Counted from the whole stretch's first letter, positions 38,326 through 50,009 are shown. The stretch: DNA of 61,637 bases, filler included, from Candidatus Fermentibacterota bacterium (GCA_016928395.1; 3 parts of 3 records of this genome joined end to end with filler, not necessarily neighbours in it); one strand, 5' to 3'. Program-made: numbers and translations. Notes: a model not told the origin generated them from the letters alone.

Positions 38326-39041
38326 AGCCCTCCCGCAAAGCGTAGGAGCACAGTGGCCAGACTCAGCACAGGATACAGCACCCATCGCAGGATCCCCGAG
38401 GCGACCAGAGCGATGAGCACGATCATGCTATAGGGACGCAGGGTGTCGACCAGCCTGCCGACAGTGCTCGGAAAGAGATGACCGAAGATCCACGACCCGT
38501 CCAGCGGGGGCACGGGAAGCAAGTTGAACGCCGCCAGCAACAGATTGATGAAGACCCCTTGGCTGAAGAGGACGACAAGGCTGTAGCCCAAAGGGCCGCC
38601 GAGCCCGACGGCCCGAACCGCGCCATAGCCCAAAGTGAACAGCACAGCCAGCAGGAGATTGGCGCCCGGTCCCGCGAAGGAAACCCAGGCATAATCCGAG
38701 GGCGTACGAAGCATGCGGGGATTCACGGGAACGGGTTTGGCCCATCCAATCACCGGCGCGCCGGTGACAATGCCCAACAACGGCAAGAGCACGCTGCCGA
38801 CCGGATCAAGGTGAACCAGTGGATTCAGACTCAACCGCCCCGCCAGATAGGCCGTGGCATCTCCCTTACGGTAGGCCATCCACGCATGAGCCGCCTCATG
38901 GCATACCAGACTGAACAAGAGAATGAAAATGGACACAATCCAGTAATTCACACCCAACTCCGTGAAAAAACGTGCCAAAACGTGATTGCCTGGGATTCTG
39001 CGCTCAAACCGAACACCAGCACCCACCGGTTTCAGGATCAC
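38322..39041 (-). CDS. Site-2 protease (M50); true start probably 38978 or 38951
   Basis: HEAAH, GRLSLNPLVHLDPVG, GWAKPVPVN, AGPGAN and FNLLPVPPLDG. Confidence 0.93.
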   Translation of the reverse strand: MILKPVGAGVRFERRIPGNHVLARFFTELGVNYWIVSIFILLFSLVCHEAAHAWMAYRKGDATAYLAGRLSLNPLVHLDPVGSVLLPLLGIVTGAPVIGWAKPVPVNPRMLRTPSDYAWVSFAGPGANLLLAVLFTLGYGAVRAVGLGGPLGYSLVVLFSQGVFINLLLAAFNLLPVPPLDGSWIFGHLFPSTVGRLVDTLRPYSMIVLIALVASGILRWVLYPVLSLATVLLRFAGGL

Positions 39042-39241
39042 CGCGCATAGTATGCATGGCGTGCTGCGGTTGACCTAGATCGCACCGCCCATAGCGCGGC
39101 AGGTTGCCTTCGTTTTCACACTCCACAGTGCCACATCGACTGTCCGACCTGATGACTTGTCTGAGAGTCCGCCTTCACAGGGCTCGTGCTGAACCCTGAA
39201 CCCATCATTCTTACAACGCTGCCCACGCCAGTAGACTGGCA

Positions 39242-42073
39242 CTACGGTGAGAAGAGCCCGGCCGGAGGGCCACTCTCACCGAATAGTCCCTGCCGCACGC
39301 TCGTCATGACGGTGGCCACCGTGGGCGACGCGTCGGGGCTGGCCTGAAGGAATGGGTCCACCATCAATGCGAGCCGGAACGCCCCGCGGGCAGTCTCTCC
39401 ATGAGCCGCGCCCCGGGCCACGGCGCACCAGCCAAGCAACTCATAGGCCCTGCTGAGGTCGGCGTACGGAACACCCCGGGCTGCGATCAGACGTTCCATG
39501 CGCTCCTGGGAAACCGAGAAACGCGCCTGCAGGTAGTCCTCCATGGCTCGATCAAATTCGGCCACTGCGCCGACTGCGGAACTGTCGGGAGGTGCTGCCG
39601 TCAAGACTGCGGTCCCGCAGCGGACAGTCTGCCCTTGCTCAACTGCCACCGGCGCCAGCGAGGTGTCGGGGTAGAATCCCTTGGTCCGCACCACAATGGC
39701 GTACAGCCCCGGATCAAGATCATCGAACTCAAAACGACCCAAAGGTTCCCGGTCTTCATCCGACAGATCATCCAAAGGTTCAGGGCCGCGCACGGTGAGT
39801 AGGAGCCCGTCTCTCAGCAGCCAGATCTCCTGATCAGGCGCCATCGGCTTCACGTATCCCTTGAGACTCCCAAGCATGATCAGCCTTATAGGCGGTATCC
39901 GGGCGACCGCCCCGGCATCGACGGTGAACCGGGTAGCGGATGATTCAGCGCGATAGCCGGGTGCGTCGATGGCGATTTCGTACTCCCCGGGGATGATGTC
40001 CTCGAACGTGAAGCTCCCCGTCTCATCGCAGGCCACGGTTGCCATGGCCTTGCCGGCCCGTACCGCGCTGACCCGGGCACTCACTCCGGGTGGATAAACC
40101 TGGCCGATGGCACCCCCGGCCGGCTCCATGGTCACCCTTCCCAGATCCGTCACCCGAAGGCTCTTCAACCACACTGGAGATTCGCCCCTCAAGGTCAACC
40201 ACCCTGGCGCGTCGATCTGCCAGTCATACATGCCCGGTACGATGCCTTCGAGGGAGAATGGCCCAAGCTCCAATGAGACAGTCCTCTCGCGCCCCTCAGG
40301 GCTCAGGGGCGCCAGATGCAGATCAAAAGAGCCTGATCGAGGCGCTGCAATGTCGCCCATGACGCCGGCCCGGCCCGCATTCTCCACAGTGAACCCGGCA
40401 ACACGGCCATCATCGGTCACCACGGCGATCAGACTGTCGTCTGCCGCCAGATCGATCACTCGTAGGGCCAAAGGAGACACTGCCGCGGAAACGCCGCCAA
40501 GAAAACGCACCTCGCCCGACCAGCTCATTCCTGTGAACCCACCTTCGTCTGCTGCAGCGGTGAGGCCTTCCCCATGGGTCAACGCTGCCCTGAGCCGGCG
40601 GAAAGGAGCAGTGGGCGCCGTTTCCAGAATGCCGCCCGACGTCACTCGAGCCGGCGACCCGTCCGCAAAGAAAAACACGATGTCTCCTTCGGGAGTCGTT
40701 CCCAGGTCTATGACCTCACCCTTCGGGTTCACCGGCACGCTGGCCTCACCTGTTCCCGTGACAATGGCCAGGGCCTTGTGACCCCGATCCCATATTACCA
40801 TCGCGTCACCGGGGCCGCGGATCACCCGATGTGGCGATTTCCATGACCCCATGGGGCAGGGAACCGGCGTCGAAGTCTCGTGCACAACGTCGACTGCCAC
40901 GACGGCACGGGCACCTTCATCAGTCACAAACACGAGCCCGTCATGGGCGAAGGCGACATCGGATACGGTTTTGAGTCTCCCCGCCACGGAGGCTATAGGC
41001 TGGATACTCTCCGGACCCGCCTTCCAGGCACCCACCGACAGGGTCTTTCCGTCGGTGCCGACCAGCGCCAGGCCTCCGTCATGAACGTCAATCCGGCTCG
41101 CCTTCCACGACCACGTCTCAGCAGGGCTGCACCGCACGGCAAGGAACCGGTCCTCGGGCGGGATGCTCCGCCGTACCTCGGCCAGCCCGGGGATCTCGAA
41201 TACCTGAACCCGCGGAGGATCCGCATCGACGATCACCAGGTCACCCGAGGAGGTGGTCGCCATGGCCACCGGCTTCTGCAGTTGCCCGGGCCGCCGTCCC
41301 AGGGTGCCAAACATGGCCGCCGTTGAGGTATCGGCCATGACAACACACCGCCCCGCTGCGTCTGCCACATAGAGGAGCCCTGCGTCGTCACATGCGGCGC
41401 ACTGCGGAACCTGGAGCGGAGTCAAACCTGAGGTGGATGCGGTCCAGCGATGCCGCAACACACCCCACGAATCAATCCTGCATACTCCACCGCCGCTGCC
41501 GTCAATCACGTACAGATACCCTGTTCGATCAACGGCCACATCGATTGGATCGTCGAAGGTGACGCCCCGGGAATCGGTACCCCGAACATGCGCCCGTACG
41601 ACACCGTCGCCGTCGAGGAAGATGATCGCCTTGCGGGACCGGTCAGCGACCACGAGGGCGCCGTCCGGGGCGATGGTCATAGCTGACGGGCGCCCGAGGG
41701 AATATGCGCCCTTCCCGGAAAGGTTGAGCTGGCCCGTGGGAATCCCCAGCGGGTCAAACTGCGTCAACACGCCCCCTTCGTCGGCGATCCAGAATGCACC
41801 ATCGGAAGCAACAGCAATGGCTGCGGCCCGGCCGATCTTCGCAGCGCCCTTCTTGAGATCATACACTGCCAATGGCCTCTGAAGGTCCCCGCTGTAGACG
41901 ATCACGCTTTCGCCCCGACCATCCAGCAGATACACCCTACCCTCCGGTCCGACGGCGACATCGGCAAACACCCCCTCCAGTGCGGCGCGCACGCTGAAGT
42001 CCAAGGCGCCAACGACCTGACCTGCCGCAGATCCCCATGCTACCAGCGTTATCAGAAATATTCGGGTAATCAT
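39242..42073 (-). CDS. Secreted NHL-repeat beta-propeller protein with carboxypeptidase-regulatory-like Ig domains and a helical C-terminus
   Basis: Signal peptide; NHL repeats (PIDVAVDRTGYLYVID, GQLQKPVAMA); repeated FTFEDIIPGEYEIAIDAPGY-like domains. Confidence 0.75.
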   Translation of the reverse strand: MITRIFLITLVAWGSAAGQVVGALDFSVRAALEGVFADVAVGPEGRVYLLDGRGESVIVYSGDLQRPLAVYDLKKGAAKIGRAAAIAVASDGAFWIADEGGVLTQFDPLGIPTGQLNLSGKGAYSLGRPSAMTIAPDGALVVADRSRKAIIFLDGDGVVRAHVRGTDSRGVTFDDPIDVAVDRTGYLYVIDGSGGGVCRIDSWGVLRHRWTASTSGLTPLQVPQCAACDDAGLLYVADAAGRCVVMADTSTAAMFGTLGRRPGQLQKPVAMATTSSGDLVIVDADPPRVQVFEIPGLAEVRRSIPPEDRFLAVRCSPAETWSWKASRIDVHDGGLALVGTDGKTLSVGAWKAGPESIQPIASVAGRLKTVSDVAFAHDGLVFVTDEGARAVVAVDVVHETSTPVPCPMGSWKSPHRVIRGPGDAMVIWDRGHKALAIVTGTGEASVPVNPKGEVIDLGTTPEGDIVFFFADGSPARVTSGGILETAPTAPFRRLRAALTHGEGLTAAADEGGFTGMSWSGEVRFLGGVSAAVSPLALRVIDLAADDSLIAVVTDDGRVAGFTVENAGRAGVMGDIAAPRSGSFDLHLAPLSPEGRERTVSLELGPFSLEGIVPGMYDWQIDAPGWLTLRGESPVWLKSLRVTDLGRVTMEPAGGAIGQVYPPGVSARVSAVRAGKAMATVACDETGSFTFEDIIPGEYEIAIDAPGYRAESSATRFTVDAGAVARIPPIRLIMLGSLKGYVKPMAPDQEIWLLRDGLLLTVRGPEPLDDLSDEDREPLGRFEFDDLDPGLYAIVVRTKGFYPDTSLAPVAVEQGQTVRCGTAVLTAAPPDSSAVGAVAEFDRAMEDYLQARFSVSQERMERLIAARGVPYADLSRAYELLGWCAVARGAAHGETARGAFRLALMVDPFLQASPDASPTVATVMTSVRQGLFGESGPPAGLFSP

Positions 42074-42110
42074 CGCTGAACGGTCCCTCCCTCGGCGCTG
42101 CCCGGGCGCC

Positions 42111-43709
42111 TCACTGCTCCAAAGGCTCCAGTGTCAGACTGAGTGCAATGCGTTGTCCCTGGTTGAGCTGCAGCGTGTGTACCAAAGGCGAATACCCTTC
42201 CCGTTCCACGCGAAGCGTCACCTCGCCCGGCGGCAACTCGAACTCACCCGGGCTCTCCCCCAGCAGACGTGACCCTACCCAGACGGTGGCCCAGGTGGGC
42301 CGCCCGCTGAGGCTGTCACGGGTTGCGATGGAGAGCACTGCCGGCGTGGCAGCCCCGACGGTCAGAGGGGTCGGTGTCGCCCGCTTGGGGTCCAGCCGCA
42401 CCCGCTGCCGGATGATCGATCCGTCGGGCCTCTTGAACATAGCCTCGTGATCGACCCCGGTAGCCAGATCACCGGTGGTCAGGGGCGTAGACCCCAGGCT
42501 GTCGCCGTTCACAAACACGAAGGCCCATGGTGTCGCATTGATCTGCAGCTTTCCAAAGTGATATCGCGTCCACAGGGTGATCGTGGTATCGCACACGTCG
42601 CCGGGTGCGATATGAACGTCCACCCATTCCGGCACTTTCCCGTCGGCGGTCAACATGATCCGATAACGCCCCGGCGCCAGCGAAACCTCAAGGGGCGTCG
42701 TGCCGAGACGACCCGAACCATCCAAAAGGGCCTCCGCCCCCTGGGGCGAAGAGTGCAGCGCCAGGGTTCCCACGGCGGGAAGGACAGGGGCAAGGGAAAT
42801 GGTAGCCGCAGTACTCTCGGCAGCAGCGATACTCACGACCCACGTAGTGTCCTGGAAGCCGTCGGCAGTAATCCGCACGGTGTGTGTGCCTGCTGGCAGC
42901 ATGAGAGCTTCGCCCGCCAATCCCAAAAGCGCACCGCTGCCGTCGGCAATCTCTGCTTCTTCAGGCACGGTATGGATCACAGCCCACCCCATGTCAGGTG
43001 GCTGGGGGAGGGGTGCCGGTTCGGGATCGTGAGCAGGCGTCGCCGTTGGCCCAGGCGCTTCCACCGGGTTTGGCGACACCACGCCGCGCAGAGTGTACAC
43101 AGCCCCTGCCAACACCACCGCGCCAATGAGAATAAATACCCATCGGGCCGCATTATGGGGCTGGACCCCGTCTCTGTCAGGCCGAGCAGTCTCCTGCTCA
43201 ATGAGCCTGCGGAGCCCATCCCGCCGGAGAACAAGATCGTGATCGTCCAGGGGAAGGCCGTCAAGGCTTCGCAGTAGATCCCTCGCTTCCCGCTTCCGAC
43301 CTGCAGACCACGCCTCCTCCGCCCTGCGAAGAGTCTTCTCACGGACATCCAACTGCTCTTCGGCTATGGATCTTTGCCGATGGCGCACAAGGTCGCCACA
43401 GGCTTCCACGCGTTTCTGTACTTCGGGGTTCAGGTGGCCTACACTGCGGAGCATTGCCAGCGATTTCTCGGCCGAATCCCATTGGGATGCGTGGACCGCA
43501 GGCTCGATGACCTCGGCGAGGTAGCGACTCTGGACTAACACCAAGGCCTTGCCCAGTGATTCATCATCCGGGTCGGCGGCCAACCCAGCGGCTATCTCCT
43601 CTAGACAAACATGCAGATCGCCGCTGCGAAACGCGTCGTTGATTCTCCGCCGGCGCTGCCGCGCTTCGTCGGCGGCTACATCATCTCTGGTGTCGTCAAT
43701 GTGTGACAC
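42111..43709 (-). CDS. Membrane-anchored PEGA-domain protein
   Basis: Helical N-terminus, one TM, Pro-rich linker and about four PEGA repeats (SSPQGAEALLDG..LGTTPL, ATPWAFVFVNG..LGSTPL). Confidence 0.8.
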   Translation of the reverse strand: MSHIDDTRDDVAADEARQRRRRINDAFRSGDLHVCLEEIAAGLAADPDDESLGKALVLVQSRYLAEVIEPAVHASQWDSAEKSLAMLRSVGHLNPEVQKRVEACGDLVRHRQRSIAEEQLDVREKTLRRAEEAWSAGRKREARDLLRSLDGLPLDDHDLVLRRDGLRRLIEQETARPDRDGVQPHNAARWVFILIGAVVLAGAVYTLRGVVSPNPVEAPGPTATPAHDPEPAPLPQPPDMGWAVIHTVPEEAEIADGSGALLGLAGEALMLPAGTHTVRITADGFQDTTWVVSIAAAESTAATISLAPVLPAVGTLALHSSPQGAEALLDGSGRLGTTPLEVSLAPGRYRIMLTADGKVPEWVDVHIAPGDVCDTTITLWTRYHFGKLQINATPWAFVFVNGDSLGSTPLTTGDLATGVDHEAMFKRPDGSIIRQRVRLDPKRATPTPLTVGAATPAVLSIATRDSLSGRPTWATVWVGSRLLGESPGEFELPPGEVTLRVEREGYSPLVHTLQLNQGQRIALSLTLEPLEQ

Positions 43710-43733
43710 AGTCTCCCCCCGGAAGCTGGTGGG

Positions 43734-44580
43734 TCATGCCGCAGATCCCCGCACCCGAAGGTCTGCCTGGTATGAACTGCGGACCAAAGGTCCGGCTTGT
43801 GCATCCAAACCCAAAGACACGGCCGTCTTCCGAATCTCGTCGAATTCCTCCGGCGGCCAGTAGCGCGCCACCGGAAGGCATGCGGCCGACGGCCGGAGAT
43901 ACTGCCCCACGGTCACCATTTTGACCCCGGTGGCGGCCAGATCACGCAGAGTCTGGGTCACTTCCTCCATGGTCTCTCCCAGACCGACCATGAGGCCACT
44001 CTTGGTCACACAACCTCTGGCCGCGGCCCGTTCCAGCACGCCCAGTGAGCGACGGTAGCTCGCCTGGGGCCGGACCGTGCGCTGGAGAGATTCCACCGTT
44101 TCCACATTGTGAGAGAGCACATCAGGCCACGCCTCGATGACTCGGTCCAACGCGGGGGTCGCCCCGCCGAAATCTGAGATGAGAGCCTCGACATAGACCT
44201 CGGGACACGCCGTTCGCACCGCATGGATTGTGGCGGCCCACAGGCCCGATCCGCCGTCGGGGAGATCGTCGCGATCCACCGACGTCAACACCACGTAGCG
44301 CAGGTTTAGTCCTGCAAGCAGCTTTGCAACGCGAATGGGCTCTTCCCGATCCAATGGGCCTGGGGTACCGTGCGCGACGCCGCAGAACCTGCATGCTCTG
44401 GTGCAGGTATCGCCCAGGATCATGACCGTGAGGAAGCCCCGGCTCCAGCATTCACCCAGATTGGGGCATGATGCGCTTTCGCACACGGTGGCAAGCCCGC
44501 TGGCTCTCACCATGCGACGCAGCGCGAAGAACTCAGGATCCTTGCCTATCGGGCGCTTGAGCCAGGAAGGGCGCCGCATC

Positions 44581-44588
<8 letters not shown>
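43734..44588 (-). CDS. lipA: Lipoyl synthase
   Basis: TVCESASCPNLGECW, CTRACRFC and C-terminal GPLVRSSY. Confidence 0.97.
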
Positions 44589-45972
<1,384 letters not shown>

Positions 45973-46156
45973 ACTCAACCTCCCTACTCGACCGCGTGTG
46001 CCGCGGCCTTCGGCTGGCGGCAGCGGTTTCCGACCACTATTTGCATGAGTAGCTAGACTAAGGTATTTACTCTGCGGGCAGAGAGCAATGTTGCTGCAGT
46101 CCCTCGGATCGATTCCTCAGTGGGCGGCTGTTGCAGCGTGCACGGCGCGGAGGTGA

Positions 46157-46891
46157 ATGATGGATATGCGGGAAGCTGCGGCTCTGGTAACCGGCGCCGG
46201 GTCCGGGCTGGGCCGCGCCCTTGCCGAAGCTCTGGTGGCGAGGGGGGCTCGCGTCGCCGCCCACTACCACGGCAGCGCCGATGGTGCTCGATCGGTCGTG
46301 GACAAGGCAGGGGGAGGCGCCCGGGCCATAGCGATTCGGGCAGACCTGCGGCTGCCTGGGGAGATCCGTGTTCTCCTGGACTCTGCCGTGAGGCATTTCG
46401 GGCGGGTGGACATTGTGGTGAACAATGCCGCGGTTCTGGTACGCACACCCGCGGATGACCTCCGTTCGGAGACCTGGGATGATGTGCTGGCCCTGAACCT
46501 CAGGGCGCCCGCATTGCTTTCGGCGTGGGCGGGATCCCAGATGCGGGCCGCGGGAGGCGGCGCCATCGTGAACATCGGCGACCTGGCCGGTCTTGAGCCG
46601 TGGCCGGCGTACGTGGCTCATGCCGCAGCCAAGGCCGGCCTCCATCACCTCACCAAGTGCCTCGCGCTGGCTCTGGCGCCCGAGGTTCGGGTCAATGCCG
46701 TCGCCCCCGGCCTGGTGGACCCGCCGCCCGGCTGGAGTCCTGAGCGCATCGAGCGATTCCGCCGGCGCATACCCCGCGGCCGGCTGCCCACCGTAGACGA
46801 GGTGGTCGCCGGGGTGTTCTCCCTCTTGGAGAACGACGCGCTCACGGGCCAGATCCTGGTCATAGACGGCGGTCAGAGCCTCTCGCTGTAG
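46157..46891 (+). CDS. SDR oxidoreductase (pteridine-reductase/FabG-like)
   Basis: VTGAGSGLG, VNNAA, HAAAK in place of YxxxK, and LAPEVRVNAVAPG. Confidence 0.85.
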   Translation: MMDMREAAALVTGAGSGLGRALAEALVARGARVAAHYHGSADGARSVVDKAGGGARAIAIRADLRLPGEIRVLLDSAVRHFGRVDIVVNNAAVLVRTPADDLRSETWDDVLALNLRAPALLSAWAGSQMRAAGGGAIVNIGDLAGLEPWPAYVAHAAAKAGLHHLTKCLALALAPEVRVNAVAPGLVDPPPGWSPERIERFRRRIPRGRLPTVDEVVAGVFSLLENDALTGQILVIDGGQSLSL

Positions 46892-47021
46892 CGCGGCCGG
46901 CAGATGCCCTCCCACGGATCCGGGGCCATCGCCGGAGTGAGTGGATGAATGGACGAGTGGATGGTTGGGTTGAGGGGCAGAGCTTCAGAAAGGCATCGCA
47001 CTCCTCGACGTGAGGAGACGC

Positions 47022-47121
47022 NNNNNNNNNNNNNNNNNNNNNNNNNNNNNNNNNNNNNNNNNNNNTTAATTAATTAANNNNNNNNNNNNNNNNNNNNNNN
47101 NNNNNNNNNNNNNNNNNNNNN
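47022..47121. other. Artificial contig-joining linker
   Basis: 100-nt N run containing TTAATTAATTAA (47066-47077). Confidence 0.97.
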
Positions 47122-48615
47122 ATAGTCAAGGGTCTCGGCCAGCGTATCCAGCCCGCCCTGATGCTCTATCACGCGGCATCGAGCGGGAGGCAATGCTCTG
47201 ACTGAAAGGTCCATGCCCTCCGGCGCGTCCGCCGTGATTACGCCGATCATCATGGTGAACCTGGCCCGCAGACCGGGACCGTCCAGCACCGCTACATACT
47301 CCGCATCAGGTTCTGTGATATGCCTCTCCAGGATGCCAAGCCCTTCTTCCACCACAGCCTTGATCCGTTCGCCGCACTCATGGATGGTGCATTCCCCCTC
47401 GACGCCGGCAACCGTGAGCGGCGGCCGGTCATGCATTCGCAGGGGTTCTTCATCGCGGGCCGCATAGAGCGGTGCCGGGATGGGAGGGAGTTCGGCTATC
47501 CAGGGCTGATCCCCCACGCCGAACATGAACGACAGCGGTCGCCAGACCCGCTCCGCCCAGGCCTCTTCGTTGTGTTCTGCCTCGATGTCTTGGAACCAGA
47601 TGAGGTTTTCACCCACCACCATCCCCTTGCGCTGGAGAATCTCCAGCATTCGGTCACATCCGGCCTGCAGCCAGTGTTCCAGGCCGATGCCGCCATTGTC
47701 CAGGTATAACCGAACAGGGAGGGCTGGTGCCGGTCCCGCGGAGGTCTTGCGGAGGTCGTCGAGAAAGAAGGCAGGGGAGAGGCACGCAGCCCGAGAGAAT
47801 ACGTCGGCATGATGCCAGACCAGGAGGAAGGCTGCCAGACCCCCCATAGAGGATCCCATGACCGCGGTGTGCTCACGATCGGGCAGGGTTCGGTAGGTAC
47901 GATCGATGAACGGCTTGAGGGTGCTGATAACGAATCGCCGGTACGCCGCGCCCTTGTCGGTATCGGAGTACTCGGCGTAGCGGTCTCCCGTATTGTTGAT
48001 GGCCACGACGATAATGCTTGGAAGTGCACCCATCCCTATGAGCTCGGACGCGACTTCATCCACGCGCCAGTCGGCCCCGAACGACGAGGTGGTGGGATCG
48101 AAGACCTGCTGGCCGTCATGCATGTAGATCACCGGGTAGCCGACGGTCTCCTCGTCATAGCCCGGGGGCAACCAGACATGGATATCTCTGGGGAGAAGGC
48201 CTTTCCCCCGCATCGCAGGATGGGTGTGGGTCGTACCGGTAATGCCGCCGCTAAGCGGCCTCTCCTCTTTCCAGGCCGGCACAACAGTGGTGAGGACGGT
48301 GTCACCAATCACCGTATGCATCGAGTTGTCGGGCACTGACCCATCACCCCTTAGGGCCTCATGATCCCATGAACCCAAGGTGATCTTGTATTCCAGAAGA
48401 GTCCCTACCGGGAAGAAGAACGAGCGCTCCCACGCACCGTCAGCTTGGATGAACAGGGGCGTGGCGCCGGGGCGCCAGCTTCCGATGGAGGACAGGTTGC
48501 CCACAACATAGACTTGGGCGTTCTCGGGCAAGGAGTCAGGCTCCACCCTGAACGTGACGGTGGCTGCACTGGCGGTCATGGCGGCAATCAACGTCGCACC
48601 CAATCCAGGAAGCAT
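47122..48615 (-). CDS. Secreted CBM20 + alpha/beta-hydrolase esterase + GyrI-like domain (3' truncated)
   Basis: Signal peptide; VYVVGNLSSIGSW..LEYKITLGSW; VWLPPGY, YMHDGQ, GSSMGG and HNEEAW; C-terminal RALPPARCRVIEHQG runs into the gap. Confidence 0.82.
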
Positions 48616-48654
48616 GCTCTGGCTCTTCGAATTCGGGTCAGGGGGTGTAGATTA

Positions 48655-48962
48655 AGGGTTCAGGGTTCGGCTCGCTCTGCGAGCAGGTTCCAGGGTTCAG
48701 CTCGCTCTGCGAGCAGGTTCCAGGGTTCAGGGTTCAGTCGGGCCTCTGCCGCCTCTCCCATCTCCTATCTCCTATCTCCTATCTCTGTCGCCGCCCGCCG
48801 GGGATCGGTATCGGTATCGACATCGTTTGTCGTAGTCGACGAGCTTGAGCAGTCGAGCACGAGCTTTGGATGTACTCTCACACAAGGGTTCAGGGTTCAG
48901 TGCGGCCTCTGCCGCCTCTCCTCCCTCCTCACTCCTCACTCCTCACTCCTATCTCCTCACTC
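48655..48962. repeat. Composite short-repeat region (30-bp hairpin tandem, CAGGGTT, CTCCTAT and CTCCTCA heptamers, hexamers)
   Basis: 48661-48720 holds two near-identical 30-mers; AGGGTTCAGGGTTCAG..GGCCTCTGCCGCCTCTCC plus a heptamer run occurs twice. Confidence 0.9.
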
Positions 48963-48979
48963 TATTGCTGACTGCCGAC

Positions 48980-49056
48980 TGGGGTGGGTGATGGGGATTG
49001 AACCCACGACGACTGGATCCACAGTCCAGCGCTCTACCAGCTGAGCTACACCCACC
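48980..49056 (-). tRNA. tRNA-His (GTG)
   Basis: GGTGGGTGTAGCTCAGCTGGTAGAGCGCTGGACTGTGGATCCAGTCGTCGTGGGTTCAATCCCCATCACCCACCCCA: cloverleaf, GTG anticodon, encoded G-1:C73 and CCA. Confidence 0.97.
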
Positions 49057-49136
49057 GATGGCCCGCTTCCGCAGGGTGCGGGAAACTCGTATATGGAAAC
49101 CCGAAGCCGGATGCTTGTTCCAGACTCGCCGAAGCC

Positions 49137-50009
49137 CTAGCCCGCCTTTCGTTCAGCAGCCACGACAACGTTGTGCATGAGCATAGCCACTGTCAAGGGG
49201 CCGACACCCTTGGGCACGGGCGTTAGGGCCGCAGCGACTGAACGAACGTCGTCGAAGGCGACGTCTCCCACCAGTCGGTCATCCACGCGGTTAATGCCGA
49301 CATCAACCACCACGGCGCCTTCTTTGACCATGGAGGCGGTGACGAACCGGGGTTTTCCTATGGCCACCACCAGAATGTCGGCCTGGCGGCACAGTTCTGG
49401 AAGACTACCGGTCCGGGAGTGCGCGATGGTCACCGTGGCGTCCGCCTTGGTCAGCAGCAGGGCCATGGGCATCCCCACGATATTGCTACGGCCCAGCACC
49501 ACGGCTCGTGCGCCGGCAGGGTCGATCCCGTAGAAGGCCAGCATCTCCATGACGCCCGCAGGGGTGCAGGAGACGAACATCGGCGAAAACCCTTTGAGTG
49601 CCAAAGCCCCCATGTTCGCCGGATGGAACCCATCGACATCCTTGTCGGCCCGCACGGTTTGCTGAACGCCAGCCGTGTCGTAGCCTGAGGGAAGGGGCAG
49701 TTGCACCAGGATCCCGTCAATGCCGTCGGCGTGATTCCACTCATCGATGACATGGCGGATCCTCGCCTCGCCCGCGTCAGAGGGCAGGTGCTCCTGAATG
49801 GAGGCGATACCGAGTTTCTCCGCCGCATTGACCTTGCCACGCACATAGGAGAGAGACGCCGGGTCGTCTCCGACCACCAGAGTCGCCAGGGTCGGCACAT
49901 GACCGGCGGCAGACGCCGCAGCGATGCGTGGCGCCAAATCCGCGTAGATTCGATCGCGAACCGGCGCGCCCTCCATCAGGATGAACGGAGATACCACCAG
50001 GTTACTCAC
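49137..50009 (-). CDS. folD: Methylenetetrahydrofolate dehydrogenase/cyclohydrolase
   Basis: [38 protein letters not shown] and [11 protein letters not shown]. Confidence 0.97.
   Translation of the reverse strand: MSNLVVSPFILMEGAPVRDRIYADLAPRIAAASAAGHVPTLATLVVGDDPASLSYVRGKVNAAEKLGIASIQEHLPSDAGEARIRHVIDEWNHADGIDGILVQLPLPSGYDTAGVQQTVRADKDVDGFHPANMGALALKGFSPMFVSCTPAGVMEMLAFYGIDPAGARAVVLGRSNIVGMPMALLLTKADATVTIAHSRTGSLPELCRQADILVVAIGKPRFVTASMVKEGAVVVDVGINRVDDRLVGDVAFDDVRSVAAALTPVPKGVGPLTVAMLMHNVVVAAERKAG

Noticed and set aside
48661-48737. Possible CRISPR array (30-bp palindromic repeats)
   Set aside because: The repeats are directly adjacent with no unique spacers, and no cas genes are present.
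47122-49056. Integrative element at tRNA-His
   Set aside because: No integrase or duplicated tRNA 3' end is visible; the contig ends 1.9 kb away, so this cannot be fully excluded.
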